DNA of 63,808 nucleotides, counting the filler, from Olpidium bornovanus S191 (taxonomy: Eukaryota; Fungi; Olpidiomycota): NCBI GenBank assembly GCA_017911155.1. It is 32 parts of 32 records of this genome, joined end to end, with 100 filler letters (N's around TTAATTAATTAA, not from the genome) between each part and the next. Parts side by side here need not be neighbours in the genome. Positions count along the whole stretch, not along the records: positions 37,294 to 38,569 come from JAEFCI010009234.1; positions 38,670 to 39,731 come from JAEFCI010008801.1; positions 39,832 to 41,309 come from JAEFCI010002984.1; positions 41,410 to 43,455 come from JAEFCI010013458.1; positions 43,556 to 45,671 come from JAEFCI010004912.1; positions 45,772 to 47,335 come from JAEFCI010010895.1; positions 47,436 to 49,577 come from JAEFCI010010198.1; 25 more parts are not named here. One strand, 5' to 3'. The translations under genes and the position numbers were made by a program. Below are positions 37,367 to 48,680 of this stretch, piece after piece. How positions within the stretch are numbered: position 1 is the stretch's first letter; each line of letters starts with the position of its first letter. The notes below the pieces were generated by a model. That model did no database searches and was not told the DNA's origin. It saw only the letters and a list, made by a program, of their open reading frames with translations.

Positions 37367-38225
37367 CCTCCTAACTGCCCACCCCCTCAAAAAAAAAAAT
37401 GCCAACACGCGCGAACTGATACCTTTGCATATTAAGGGAGGCGGGCGAATCGGGGGAAGAGAGGGAGGGGGGGGAGGGCCCACATGATGCACTGCAAAAA
37501 TGCCGCTCTCGCTGTCCATTACCGACCGCAACCGCAGCTCCCAAACTATCCAGAGGGGTCTAGCTCTGACGCGCTCATTTGCCAAACGCCCTTCTGGCCG
37601 ACTTTGCAACAAAAAGAGTTTGCGCACTGCGTTCCTCGATTGCGTCACGCCCTGTGTCCAAGCAGAATCAGAGTCGCGGCTTTGATAGCGATGCAGATAT
37701 CGGAACAGGCACTGAGTGGTAAACGAGGCTGATGGTCAAACCTAACCCTAGCCCTACGCGCTCGCCTTGGAGTCTTCAAGAATTCTGAAAGGAGTTGGCC
37801 TCCGTACTCGTGGAAATGCCCGGGAAGGCCCGGAAATGGAGGCCGCCGCAGCGGGCGCAGTTGCGTACCTTAAAAAAAGCACCAGAGTCAACGGCACGAA
37901 GGCGAACCATTGAGGAGGTGTGGGTTGGGGGAAGTGGTTGTGCGCGGGGGAGGAGAGGGGCTATTCTTTTTGATAGTTTTTTTTTTCTCTCTCTAAAAGC
38001 CCGGGAAGGAAGACTTGGGAGGAGCGCAAAACGCAAGGGCGTAGCGAGCCCGCGAGAAGGAGGCGGGCAAAAAACTTCTTTCGGTCCGTCCCAAGGTGAT
38101 CTCTCTTATCTTTTGCGTTGCGTTACGTTCCCATCGCCTGGTAGCCTTCCCAAAACCATCCCCGCGTCCGTCCCATCGCACTCTGTTCTGCTTTGTTTAT
38201 TACTACCAAAGCAGAACAAAGAACC

Positions 38226-38569
38226 GGTTATGAGCCCAAGGGCCTAACGCTGTCAACTGCGAATGAAGGGCGGCCCGCGGCTTCGCGTTGCGAAGAAAGG
38301 ACGACTTGCAGCTTCGCGCTGCGGAGAATGGACGAACCACGACCTTACGCTGAACTAGAAATGAAGAAATGGAGGATTCTGTGTTACGAGGCGCTCGCCT
38401 CACCATAAGCCCTTTAGTCGAAGGGAGCTGGCCCTCGTGGAAAACCAACATGAGAGCCGTCCCCCTCCGGAAGGGGCTGCGGGGATATGTGACTGGAGAA
38501 TGACCTGCGTCCCAGCACGGAGGGAGGGGGGCGATACGATCCTGGACCCGAACGGATGGGGGAAGCATA
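38226..38569 (+). mobile_element. Ty1/copia 5' end: half-tRNA-iMet PBS and degenerate gag start
   Basis: GGTTATGAGCCC at 38226-38237. ATG at 38369 gives MEDSVL...EGSWPSWKTNMRAVPLRKGLRGYVTGE* (copia gag N-terminal W..WK..M.A.L...GL..YV.G) with a premature TGA at 38501. Confidence 0.75.
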
Positions 38570-38669
38570 NNNNNNNNNNNNNNNNNNNNNNNNNNNNNNN
38601 NNNNNNNNNNNNNTTAATTAATTAANNNNNNNNNNNNNNNNNNNNNNNNNNNNNNNNNNNNNNNNNNNN

Positions 38670-39480
38670 ACCCGGACATCCAGCACTTGCCTTTCTTTGC
38701 TGTTACAACGAGATTCTTTCAATCGCTGTACAGCACGTACCACAAGAGGATTCTGAAATTTGACACGCTTTCGAAGATGTTGGTTCCATGGCAGGTGAGT
38801 ACGCAACGTTGGCCCATGTTCTTCCTCCCTCCCCCGCCACCGATAATCGACAACCATTTTCTGCTTCCTCCGTTGATTTTTCTTGCGACGTTTCCCCGCA
38901 GCATTATCTTTTCTATCCTATTATGTCCCTGGCTCGACCCAACCTCTACGCCCAGTCGCTTCTCTTCCTGGCGTTCGATGAGGATGTACTTTACCGGAAA
39001 ACGGAGATCGCGCTGTTAGCGCTTTTCTTCGCCTGGTACGCTGCCTTGCTGGCCTTCTTGCCGACCTGGGGCTCTGTGGCGGCCTACGTCGCCGTATCGC
39101 ACATATTCTCGGGGATCCTGCATCTTCAGATAAGCCTTTCGCACTTCGGGATGTCGACGGAAGACTTAGGACCCGGGGAGGCCTTCGCGTCACGGCAGCT
39201 GCGGACGACGATGGACGTGGACTGCCCCGAGTGGCTCGACTGGTTCCACGGCGGGTTGCAATTTCAGGCCGTCCATCACCTGTTCCCGCGTCTCCCACGC
39301 CACAACCTCCGACGCGCGCAGGCGTACGTGCGCCGCTTCTGCGAGGCGAACGGCCTCGAATACCACCTGCACTCATTTGCCAAAGGCAACCGCGTCGTCC
39401 TCTCGTCCATGCGCGAGGTCGCGCAGCACGTCGACTTTATTATTTCCACGGCCTTGCCCCCATCCCAGAAAGCGGAGTGA
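38670..39480 (+). CDS. SLD1: Front-end fatty-acid desaturase, most like delta-8 sphingolipid desaturase; 3' part
   Basis: LHLQISLSHFGMST...RQLRTTMDVDCPEWLDWFHGGLQFQAVHHLFPRLPRHNLR (third His box QxxHH). Confidence 0.9.
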
Positions 39481-39643
39481 ACGACGCGAGCCGCCTTACA
39501 CCGACCGGAAACGCCAGAGCCGGCCGCGGAGGCTTTATCGCGCCGACAGGATTTATTTGATGATCTGAGCCCTCGGTGTATGCTGCCCGGAGTCGCGAAG
39601 AAGAATTGGCCGCCAACCGGTCGCTTTTAATTTTCCTCCCCCT

Positions 39644-39724
<81 letters not shown>

Positions 39725-40255
39725 CCCCTCGNNNNNNNNNNNNNNNNNNNNNNNNNNNNNNNNNNNNNNNNNNNNTTAATTAATTAANNNNNNNNNNNNN
39801 NNNNNNNNNNNNNNNNNNNNNNNNNNNNNNNCATGGCCAACCTTGCGCCATCGAAGAAAGTGTGAAAGGAAACTGATGTTTTGTCCTGCACTGCTCAGGA
39901 AAATTGTCATCTATTTCTTCAGCGACCTCCCGTCCATTTTTTTCCACTAAAATGCCAGGGTCGCGAATCTGCCGACTGCCCAACAATGAGCAAATGACGC
40001 GCGTGGTGTTCGACTTGCAGCCTTTCGTCAACATTGCCACACCCAAAATTAAAGATGTTGCGGTTTTTCCAGCAGTGAGCACTCGGCAGGTGCATTCTTT
40101 GGAAATGCCATAGTCAAATGTTCAACAGATCATGGTTCTGGGAATTAATCAAGTAATATCACGAAAAAGTAAAGTGATATCCCCGAAAAAAGGGCTGCTG
40201 CACTACCTCAACAACTCAGGTTTACGTAAGCGCCCAACAAATATAAAATATTCAT

Positions 40256-40326
40256 TGCACATGCCGAGAATCGAACTCGGGGCTCCCGCGTGGCAGGCGA
40301 GAATTATACCACTAAACCACATGTGC
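40256..40326 (-). tRNA. tRNA-Gly: tRNA-Gly(GCC)
   Basis: GCACATGTGGTTTAGTGGTATAATTCTCGCCTGCCACGCGGGAGCCCCGAGTTCGATTCTCGGCATGTGCA: 7-bp acceptor stem, D-loop TGG, anticodon GCC and T-loop GTTCGA. Confidence 0.97.
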
Positions 40327-41409
40327 TTCTGATGAGCGATGATAAGCGACTATCAATTCATTATCATCGTTTAAAATCCACATCGAGGATTAAAACTTGA
40401 GAGCCGTCACAACGAAATGTGAGACTAGCTGCACAGGATGCCCCAAAGGGCGTGGGCCGCACGTTGTCAGGGTAACGAACGTGTTAAATACTATCAAAAA
40501 CAGATTAGGCTTTCCTTCTCCTGCGTTGTTGTATTGCCGAAAAGAAAGCGTTCTAAGCGGGGAACTCGCGGTTGGAGGAGTTTGCACCACACGCTGAATA
40601 GCAATCGGTAAGCTTTCGGCCGCTATTGGTGCACGTCGACGTCTTCGGCCACGCCGTGCGCGGCTGACGCGTCACAAACAGGACCATATCGGCGGGTCCA
40701 AACGATTGCGGCGTTCTACTTGGCGCGTCGCGGAGACCGACGAGAGGAGAAGGCAGAGAAGGCGCGCCGCGTTTCTTCAGCCTTTGCGCCAGCGGTGAGG
40801 AGAGTGCGGCCGTGCGCTACGACAAGAGCTCGACGGACCGCGCTTGCTGCAAGGCCACGGCCCTTGCTGCTGCACTGCGTCTGCTGCGTTCTCGGAAGCA
40901 GTTCTCTGCAGCTGCGGTCTCGCAAACAGACGTTTTCTTAGCTGGGAGGGCGGGAAAGGTGAGGAGGTAAGGATGGGGTGGCGGAAGGTCGGAAAAGGAC
41001 AACCGTTTCGCCCGTGGGGGGGCGCGTGGAGCAAGAACGGCAGAAGCAAAGAAGAGGGGCTGTGGTTAAAGAATAGACGGGCGTCGCGGTGTCCGCGGAA
41101 GGCAAAAGCGGCCCCCGTTCCGCCGTGTCGCGGAGCGGGCGACGAAGCGCAGCCTAGGAGAAAGCGGCTGCGCAAAAACTTCCACACCGGTTCGTGGGTT
41201 CAAAGGACGCGGCATTTAGGCTCGCGTGCTGCCGCGAAGCGGAAAAGGGAGCCGCCTGGCGGGGGGGGGGGGGGGGGGGGGGGGGGCGCGGGGGGGGGGG
41301 GGCGGGGGGNNNNNNNNNNNNNNNNNNNNNNNNNNNNNNNNNNNNNNNNNNNNTTAATTAATTAANNNNNNNNNNNNNNNNNNNNNNNNNNNNNNNNNNN
41401 NNNNNNNNN

Positions 41410-42640
41410 CATCGGTTGGGTTGGGCATAAAAAGAAACAAAGAAGTGATTGCCGTAGAGATATCAGGCCCTGTGCACTTGGCAGAATACAACATACTGCC
41501 AACCAACACCCGATAACGGGATATTTCATGCGGTAAGGCGGAGTCAGATCGTTGTTTCAAAAAATGAACAGCATTCGGTTTCAAAGGTGTAGCGACAGGA
41601 TGACTCTGCCCATAGCGCATCCTTCCAAAAAGTTTGTTAACGTACTGCTCTTGATCCAAGAAAAAATCATGGCCATGTTGAGTCACTCGCATCCCGAGAA
41701 TTTGGTGTAGTGGTCCGCCACCGCTGAGCTCAAAGCGAGTGGCGAGAGCATCTTCTAACCTGTGCAGATCTGCAAGTTCAAGCCCGGCCATGACAAGGTC
41801 GTCGACATATAGAGCGAGTAGTGTGACGACGCGATTTTTGCGAGTGTTCACGTAAAGACAAGGTTCGTGGAAGATAGATTTGAAACTGAGGGAATGCAGT
41901 TCCTTATCGGTTTCCTGGTTCCACTTGCGAGCAGATTAGCGAAGCCCGTACAGAGCCTTGCGCAGTTTCCACACATGTGAACGAGAGGATGGCGTGGGGC
42001 CGTCGGCGGTTTCCGGCTGCTCCATGAACACATCATGATGGAGGGGGGCATGGAGATACACGGTGACCACATCATGTCCCCGCAGTTGCCAGCTATGGAA
42101 GCCGGCAATGCTCATCATAAGTCGCAAGGCAGAATGGGCAATGACGGGAGCGAACGTTTCATCGAAGTCAATGCCTTCCTTTTGGGTAAACCCGCACGTG
42201 ACAAAACGTGCCTTATGCTTGTCGCTTGTTCCTTCGGCCCTGAGCTTGGTTTTGAAGACCCACTTGCCCGTGCAGATATTGACAGATGGCGGGCGTGGCG
42301 CCAACGTGAAAGGTTGTTGGCGTTCAAGACCGTTCATTTCAGATATCATGGCTTTTTTCCACTCTCTCGTGTGAAGTAATGTCATGGCTTCGGTAACCGT
42401 TTTGAGGTCAATGTGAACACCCCAGACGGCGCTGGCCGTGGCTAGGCCAAAATGTCCTGTTTGGAGTGCACTTGGAACTGGGAGGCGCCGGCGCATACAA
42501 TATGATTTAAGGAGCTTATGACAATCGAGATTGTTGACGGGTTCCCAAATGTTTTCAGAAAATGAATTGCCTTTCCATTTTATCAGAAATTCTGGAGTCC
42601 CGTCACGAAGTGTGCGGGAAAAACCCTTGGCGGGTGCAAA
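41410..42640 (-). mobile_element. Ty1/copia pol fragment: chromodomain + reverse transcriptase (degenerate)
   Basis: Chromodomain DGTPEFLIKWKGNSFSENIWEPVNNLDCHKLLKSY is in frame with EWKKAMISEM...KWVFKTK...KARFV..GFTQKEGIDFDETFAPV...KLRKALYGL. After a frame change: LALYVDDLV...ILGMRV...YRVLVGSMLY. Confidence 0.92.
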
Positions 42641-44160
42641 TAAAAACTTTTCGGAACCGCAGAGAAGCGCAAAAATCGGGGCGAGCCTATGAAACGTGAC
42701 CGCCCCCGCCGAGCGGCGACGCTGTTGCCCAAGATTTTGTGGACGGCCGCCGTGAAGTGCACATTGTCCCAGAAGTTGTGATCGTCGGGATTCGGGCAAA
42801 CGTTCAACGCGCGGAGGGACACGCCTTTGGGTCCGGCCAACGTGACGATGCGCGACGTTCCGGGGACCGCCGGGCCGAGCGTCAGGTGGCGGAGGGCCGC
42901 CGGGCGACGTCATTCTCACGACGTGGCAGACGGGTTGGCTGAGAAGCATTGGGTTTGATTTGCCGGGTGCCGGTCCCCAAAAGAGGATTAAAGCGGGCAA
43001 ATGGGGCGTATCGCCGGTGCCGCCGAGGCCAACACCTTTTTCCCGCGCGCCCGCCCTTACAACGTGGCGACCCGCCCGCGACTTCCTCACCCACATTTTA
43101 CCAAAGGGGGCCCCGTCCGCCCCCCGTCCACCCGGCTCCGTTGTTGCCTCACTTGATTCCCCCCGCCCCCGACTAAAGAACATCGGCCCCCAATGCGATT
43201 CGTTTTCCTCGCGGCGCTCGCGGCGGCATCAGCCGCCGCCGCTTAGCAGCGGTGCAGCAGCCCCGGCTCTTAAGAGATCAAGGACCAAGCCGGAGTGCAG
43301 AAGCTGCAGGGCTGCACCACCTTCGAAAGTTCAATCATGGTGAATATTCCCCCCATCTCCCTGCATTCCCGCGCGAAACGAGCGCGACTGATCCGATTGA
43401 GCTGATTCCCGGGCTCCTCGCCCCTTTTCCAACCAGCTCTCGGGGTCTGTGTCGGNNNNNNNNNNNNNNNNNNNNNNNNNNNNNNNNNNNNNNNNNNNNT
43501 TAATTAATTAANNNNNNNNNNNNNNNNNNNNNNNNNNNNNNNNNNNNNNNNNNNNGGCGGAAGGGCAGTGGAAGTCCACCAGAAACCGCGGGGGCGGAAT
43601 TCGCTCGCATTCTCCGGCAGAGCAGAGCAGACGAGCACCCCATTCCGACCGAGACCGTGTGTGCGTTGTGCACATGGCATTTCGTCCATCAAATGCTGCG
43701 AAAGAATCTATCCGCAGACACGCCGCGGTCGGGGCCAACAGCAAACCGCAGTACAGCGCGGTATTACGTGCGAATAGTTCCCATGAAAGTCGCAAAATGA
43801 TCGTGTGGCCAGCCCGTCTTCTCGGCAGGATTCCTCACCATATATCCGAAAAAAAAAATTTAAAAACAGAAATTACGAATAGTTCTTATTCGCAGCCGAA
43901 CAAGCGTCTCCTGACAAAAGAAGACACGTTTGCAGCGTCTTACGCAGAGGCGCCAGAAATTCCAAAAATAAGAAATTGAAATGAAATGGAATTGAAAATG
44001 GAATGAAAATGAATTGGAAATCTATTATTAAGATTGATGCCAAAAGATGCCGCAACGTCGAATGCATTGAGGGCGCTTAGTCTGTTTCGGGGTAGGGTGG
44101 GGGGATTATGCAGTACTCCAGGCGGCCCTTGTTGCGGAGGTTGCGCATCTCAGCAAAAGT

Positions 44161-45114
44161 TCATTGTTGCCTGCAGAGGCCAGACTTGACCGACACCACC
44201 TCTTCGGAAAACGGCAGGAGGCCCGCGGCCATGCGGTCGCGCTTCCGCAGCCTGGGGGCGGCCGCGGACCGGGCGAACGGGGGCGAGGCGCGGTTCGGCA
44301 CCAAGGGAACGCCGGTGTCGGCCAGCCGCGACGCAACCGCGACAGCCGGCGCCGGTCCGGATTCGATGCGCACGACGGTTCGCGCAGGCCGCCTGGCGCG
44401 CTCGCGCGGCAGGCCCGCGCACACGCAGCTGCTGCACTGCGCGTAGGCGGCGCTGACGTTGGCGTCCCGCTTCTCCAGCGACCTCCGTCGCATCGCCCCG
44501 TCGCCGCCGTGGTCCTCGCCGTCCTCGCCGCCGTGGTCCTCGCCGTCCTCGCCGCCGTGGTCCTCGCCGTCCTCGCCGCCGTGGTCCTCGCCGTCCTCGC
44601 CGCCGTGGTCCTCGCCGTCCTCGCCGCCGTCGTCCTCGCGGTACTCGCCGCCGTCGTCCTCGCGGTACTCGCCGCCGTCTTCCTCGCGGTACTCGCCGCC
44701 GTCGTCTTCGCGGTGCTCGCCGCCGTGTTCCTCGCCGTCCTCGCCGCCGTGTTCCTCGCCGTACCCGCCGCCGTGTTCGTCCTCACTGGGCCCGCGGCCG
44801 GCGTCGCCGCCTTTGCCCTCGACAGACTTCAGGGCGGCGGCCACGAGCCGGTCGAACGCCTCCTCGTCGAACGCCGGGTTGCCGCTGTTTGCGGACTTGA
44901 CCTCCACGACCACGTCCGCCACCGTCGCCGGCGTGACTTCCCTGTGGTGCTCCAGCAGCTTGGCCACGGCGTGGATCAGCGTCGTCCACAGGTGGGAGCC
45001 GACCGAGTCGACCTTGTTGTCGTCTCCCCCCTGAGCGAAGCACGACGGCGCCGCGGCGCTGGCAGCGACGATCGCCAGCGCCGCGAGGAAGGGCAGGCGG
45101 AGGAAGACTTTCAT
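44161..45114 (-). CDS. Secreted acidic tandem-repeat protein with Kex2-type dibasic sites (317 aa)
   Basis: Signal peptide MKVFLRLPFLAALAIVAASAAA, ~12 octapeptide repeats (GGEDGEDH / GGEYREDD), RRRSLEKR and LRKR sites. Single exon, ATG at 45114. Confidence 0.75.
   Translation of the reverse strand: MKVFLRLPFLAALAIVAASAAAPSCFAQGGDDNKVDSVGSHLWTTLIHAVAKLLEHHREVTPATVADVVVEVKSANSGNPAFDEEAFDRLVAAALKSVEGKGGDAGRGPSEDEHGGGYGEEHGGEDGEEHGGEHREDDGGEYREEDGGEYREDDGGEYREDDGGEDGEDHGGEDGEDHGGEDGEDHGGEDGEDHGGEDGEDHGGDGAMRRRSLEKRDANVSAAYAQCSSCVCAGLPRERARRPARTVVRIESGPAPAVAVASRLADTGVPLVPNRASPPFARSAAAPRLRKRDRMAAGLLPFSEEVVSVKSGLCRQQ
44503..44790. repeat. 24-bp coding minisatellite (ccgccgtggtcctcgccgtcctcg and variants), ~12 units
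   Basis: Tandem 24-nt period with graded unit variants. Confidence 0.9.
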
Positions 45115-47009
45115 TGTGCGCGTGTCTAACGGGTGGGGAAGCCGCACAAAAACAAACCAAAAAAGCCTTTTCCGTTTTCCGGTGGAATTCTGGCGGGCGC
45201 CGGGGAGTGGGGGAGCCGGAGGGTTGTTTTTTTTTTCCACCCTCTCTCTCACTCACTCTCACTCGTTTTCGTTTCGCGGATCGAGTACGCGTGTTTCAGG
45301 CGGGGGGTGGGGGGGAGAGGTGGGCGCGCGTTGGGGGGGTTCGGTGGGGGGGGGGGGTGGGCGGCCCAGGGGGGCCACGTGCATGACGGGGGGAGGGGAG
45401 GAAGGGGGCAGCGGGGGGTGCCACGTTTCCCCTTTTCCCCCTCGCCCCGTTCCTCCTTCGCAACGAGGCGCAAACTGGCGAAAGGCAGTCGCGAGGCGCT
45501 TCGCCACACCCAGAGGGCGCGCCGCCCGCCAACTGCGCGTGTGAAGCGAACGCTGCTGTCAACAAAAGAGCGCGGTGGGGGAGATGTGGGGAGGAACGAA
45601 AGGGGGTTAAAGAGAAAAGAGCGAGAGAGAGAGGAGAGACAGAGAGAGATCACCGTTGAAGCGAATCATGANNNNNNNNNNNNNNNNNNNNNNNNNNNNN
45701 NNNNNNNNNNNNNNNTTAATTAATTAANNNNNNNNNNNNNNNNNNNNNNNNNNNNNNNNNNNNNNNNNNNNGTTCACGATAAAGGAACTCAAAAAATAAA
45801 CAAATAAATACGGGAATATTACAGAAATTTATTCCCGGCCAATTCTCCAATTCCGACACTCCCCCGTCCCGCGATTTCTTTTTTTTTTATTCGGTGTTTT
45901 TTTTTCGCCCGGAATGCCATGGCAACCGCGCGCAACCCCCTCCCCCCATTTCCCGAGCCCCCCCCTTAACTACCCCGCAAAAGTCGGCCACTGTGCGGCT
46001 GGGAGAAAAGCTCCTTTCACACACGCACACGCACACGCAACACGCACGCTCAAGCACGCACCCGCACGCACGCGCGCACACAGCTCTCGGGCAATCCCGC
46101 GCAGGGCTACCTCGGCGCCCGCCCCCGCACGCCTTCCCACGCTCCATTCCCCCCCCCCCCTTTCCCCTTCGCCGCAAGCTGATCGACCGGAAAAAGTCGA
46201 AAGGCGGTGCCGGTTCTTGTCCGCGAGCAAAAGGGGCTCCGCATTTTCATTGCTTGCCCCCGTCCCGCCCTCTCCCTCCCCCCCTCCCCTCACATAAACC
46301 CCAATCCGCCCCGCCCCAAAAACCCCGAACAGCCTAGCCGGCGCGGTTCGGGCCGTCTGGGATAGGGAAGAGCCGGAATTCTCTACCCCCCAACGTTTCG
46401 AGGGATTTTCTACCTCGCGCGCTTGCGCCGCTCGGAAGAGGAGTCCCGTGAGGAGGGGACGGCGGGGCCGGATCTCTTGTTACCATCCAGACCCGGCGTC
46501 AGAGCCGCAAGGGGAGGGACGGCGGGCGGGGTGGGAGGTGGAGGAAAAGCCGAGGCAGAGGGGAAAAAAGAAAGAAGAAGAGGAAGAGAAAATGGCCGCT
46601 GTCAAGCAACAGGCCGACCACGCGGGCAGCGCGGCCGAGGGCGGGCGGGACGCGCGAGCGGCGTTCTCCGCGCACCTTGAGCAGCGGGCCGACGCCGGCG
46701 GAAGCCGCGGGGCCGCAGGAAGCGAGTACGAGGTGTACGACTCTTCTGCCAAGGCCGGGGGAAAACTTTCAAAGATGGCCGACGGTGCGTGCAAGGGACG
46801 GGGCGCCAGGGCGCGGGGGGGCCCCTTTGGGAGGGCCGGAAACGTCCCCGCTCGAGGAGGAGAGCGGAGGTGAGGTCCGGATAAACACCGGAGCGGTTCC
46901 CGGCGTGGGGGAAGGGGGGCGGCGGCGGCGGCGGAAAGCGTTGTCCGGCTCCAGTTGACTGCGAGTCAGGGGCACGGCAAGCTCCCCCCCCTTCTTTACT
47001 CCCCTCCCC

Positions 47010-47044
<35 letters not shown>

Positions 47045-47440
47045 CCCCCCCCCCCCCCTCCCCCACCGTGCGCCCTCTGATGTTCCGCCCAAAACATCTG
47101 TCTTTCGGATTTTTCTCTCTCCCACTCCCCCCCTCCTCCTCCCCACCCAACCCGGCAGACTTGGGCAAGCGGTTGTCCATCCGAACGAACAGGGAGGATC
47201 TGATTGGGAAGAATATTATCAAGGGTACGGAAACAAACTAAAGCAAAGTTTAGAGGGGTGCCGGTGCTGGACAACAGGAGCATATCGCTTCGGTTGACAG
47301 GGGCGTCGCTGTTAAAAAGAAAAAACCTGGTAGTANNNNNNNNNNNNNNNNNNNNNNNNNNNNNNNNNNNNNNNNNNNNTTAATTAATTAANNNNNNNNN
47401 NNNNNNNNNNNNNNNNNNNNNNNNNNNNNNNNNNNGCACC

Positions 47441-47509
47441 GGGCTGTCCGGTGATTTCCGAGCCTGTGTTGCATGTTTTCTGTCTGGGCTGTCCGGTGAT
47501 TTCCGAGCC
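47441..47509. repeat. 24-bp direct repeat GGGCTGTCCGGTGATTTCCGAGCC x2 (45-bp period) at the contig start
   Basis: Copies at 47441-47464 and 47486-47509. Confidence 0.85.
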
Positions 47510-48680
47510 CAGTGCAGAATCTGGAGACTTGCCTTCTGAGGAATTGGAGGGTAGCTGGGTCCGGCGCGTGATCCGTGGATTTTTCGCACACCAATTCTCG
47601 TCGGCCAGCCCTTCCCAGTGGTTCCTCTCGAAACTGTGCTAAACATGCGTTCGAAATTCCCGGGAATGGTCCACAATAGCCACATGACGGTAAATAGCTG
47701 TCACGGGACGCCTCTGGCATTCTGACTAACAACCCCAATCCCGCGGCTCCTTTCACCTCACACCAGAAACAAGGGGGTTTTTTTTTCCTCTAAGGGGTTT
47801 TTTCCCCCCGGCCTACAACAAAAGGGGCGGCCGCCGGCGGGGCCTTGCCCCGGCAAAACCCACGCCCCGAGCGAAAAGACGGAAAAAGCCAAAAAGGCCG
47901 GGAAACCATGGTCGCTGGCGCGGCGGAAGCCGCAATTGCGTCCGTGCGCGTGTACTGGGACGTCGCCGAAGACTGGAAAGCCGACAACACACGTCGTGGT
48001 TTACGCACCAAGCTGGAGGTGGGTGGCCTTTGCCTCGTTGTCGTGGCCGTGTCGGGCGTCTGTCAGCGCATGCGCTGCTCCGTCTTCTCCGTCTCCGGAC
48101 GCGACCATGTGCTAGAACCGGTTCGCTGCCTAGTGACTTCCTGGGGTACGCGCAGACGAGGGTTGCTGGCGGAGGGCCCCGGCGCAGTATGCTTTAGTCT
48201 GCGGTATTACCGGGTAGGTAGCGTAGAGGGCGTCCGACCAGGCCGTGGGGACGTCCGGAGAACGGAGAGCGCCTTCTGTGGGATGCCACAGGTGGCAGCA
48301 TCAACCGGAGCATCACGTTAGCGCCACATCTTGGCGCTTTCTTGACGCTTTGGCGGCTATTCTCTAAGCTTTTCCCGCCTCCACACTTTTGCCTAGGCTT
48401 TCCTGACGCTCCTAGAAAACGTCACCGTGCCTGGGGTGTTGGAGGTGCTCCTGGCCGATCGAGAAGGCCTTCAGTCCACAGCCGAAACCTTCTTCGCGTG
48501 GCCGGCCGCTCGGAAAGTGTGGTCCCTGCTGGGCAGTCAGGTCGGCACTCGGGAGACGAAGTTTCCGCGTGTTTACTCTGCTTGGGGCCGACGGGCCCGG
48601 CCAGGGTGACCGAAGGCTCCAGAATGCCGTCGTCACAGAGTGCCGGTGTGCCTTGTCCTTCCTCGTCGTCGAGACCTTTT

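Noticed and set aside
37047-37757. Telomere-like TAACCC words (37047, 37176, 37741)
   Set aside because: Only one or two degenerate units each, with no array. The 18-mer at 37176-37193 simply repeats LTR-internal 37047-37064, suggesting a second LTR piece or a misassembled contig tip.
46592-47335. Possible spliced gene (EYEVYDSSAK...; EDLIGKNIIK)
   Set aside because: Splice-like signals are present, but the product is unrecognisable and the exon phases are unverified.
47441-47509. 24-bp repeat with 21-bp spacer as a CRISPR
   Set aside because: Only two units, eukaryotic context and no cas genes. More likely a truncated minisatellite. The same applies to 29884-29957.
47699-47720. TGTCACG as the start of another solo LTR like 36641
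   Set aside because: No similarity beyond 7 nt, and no matching end or TSD found.
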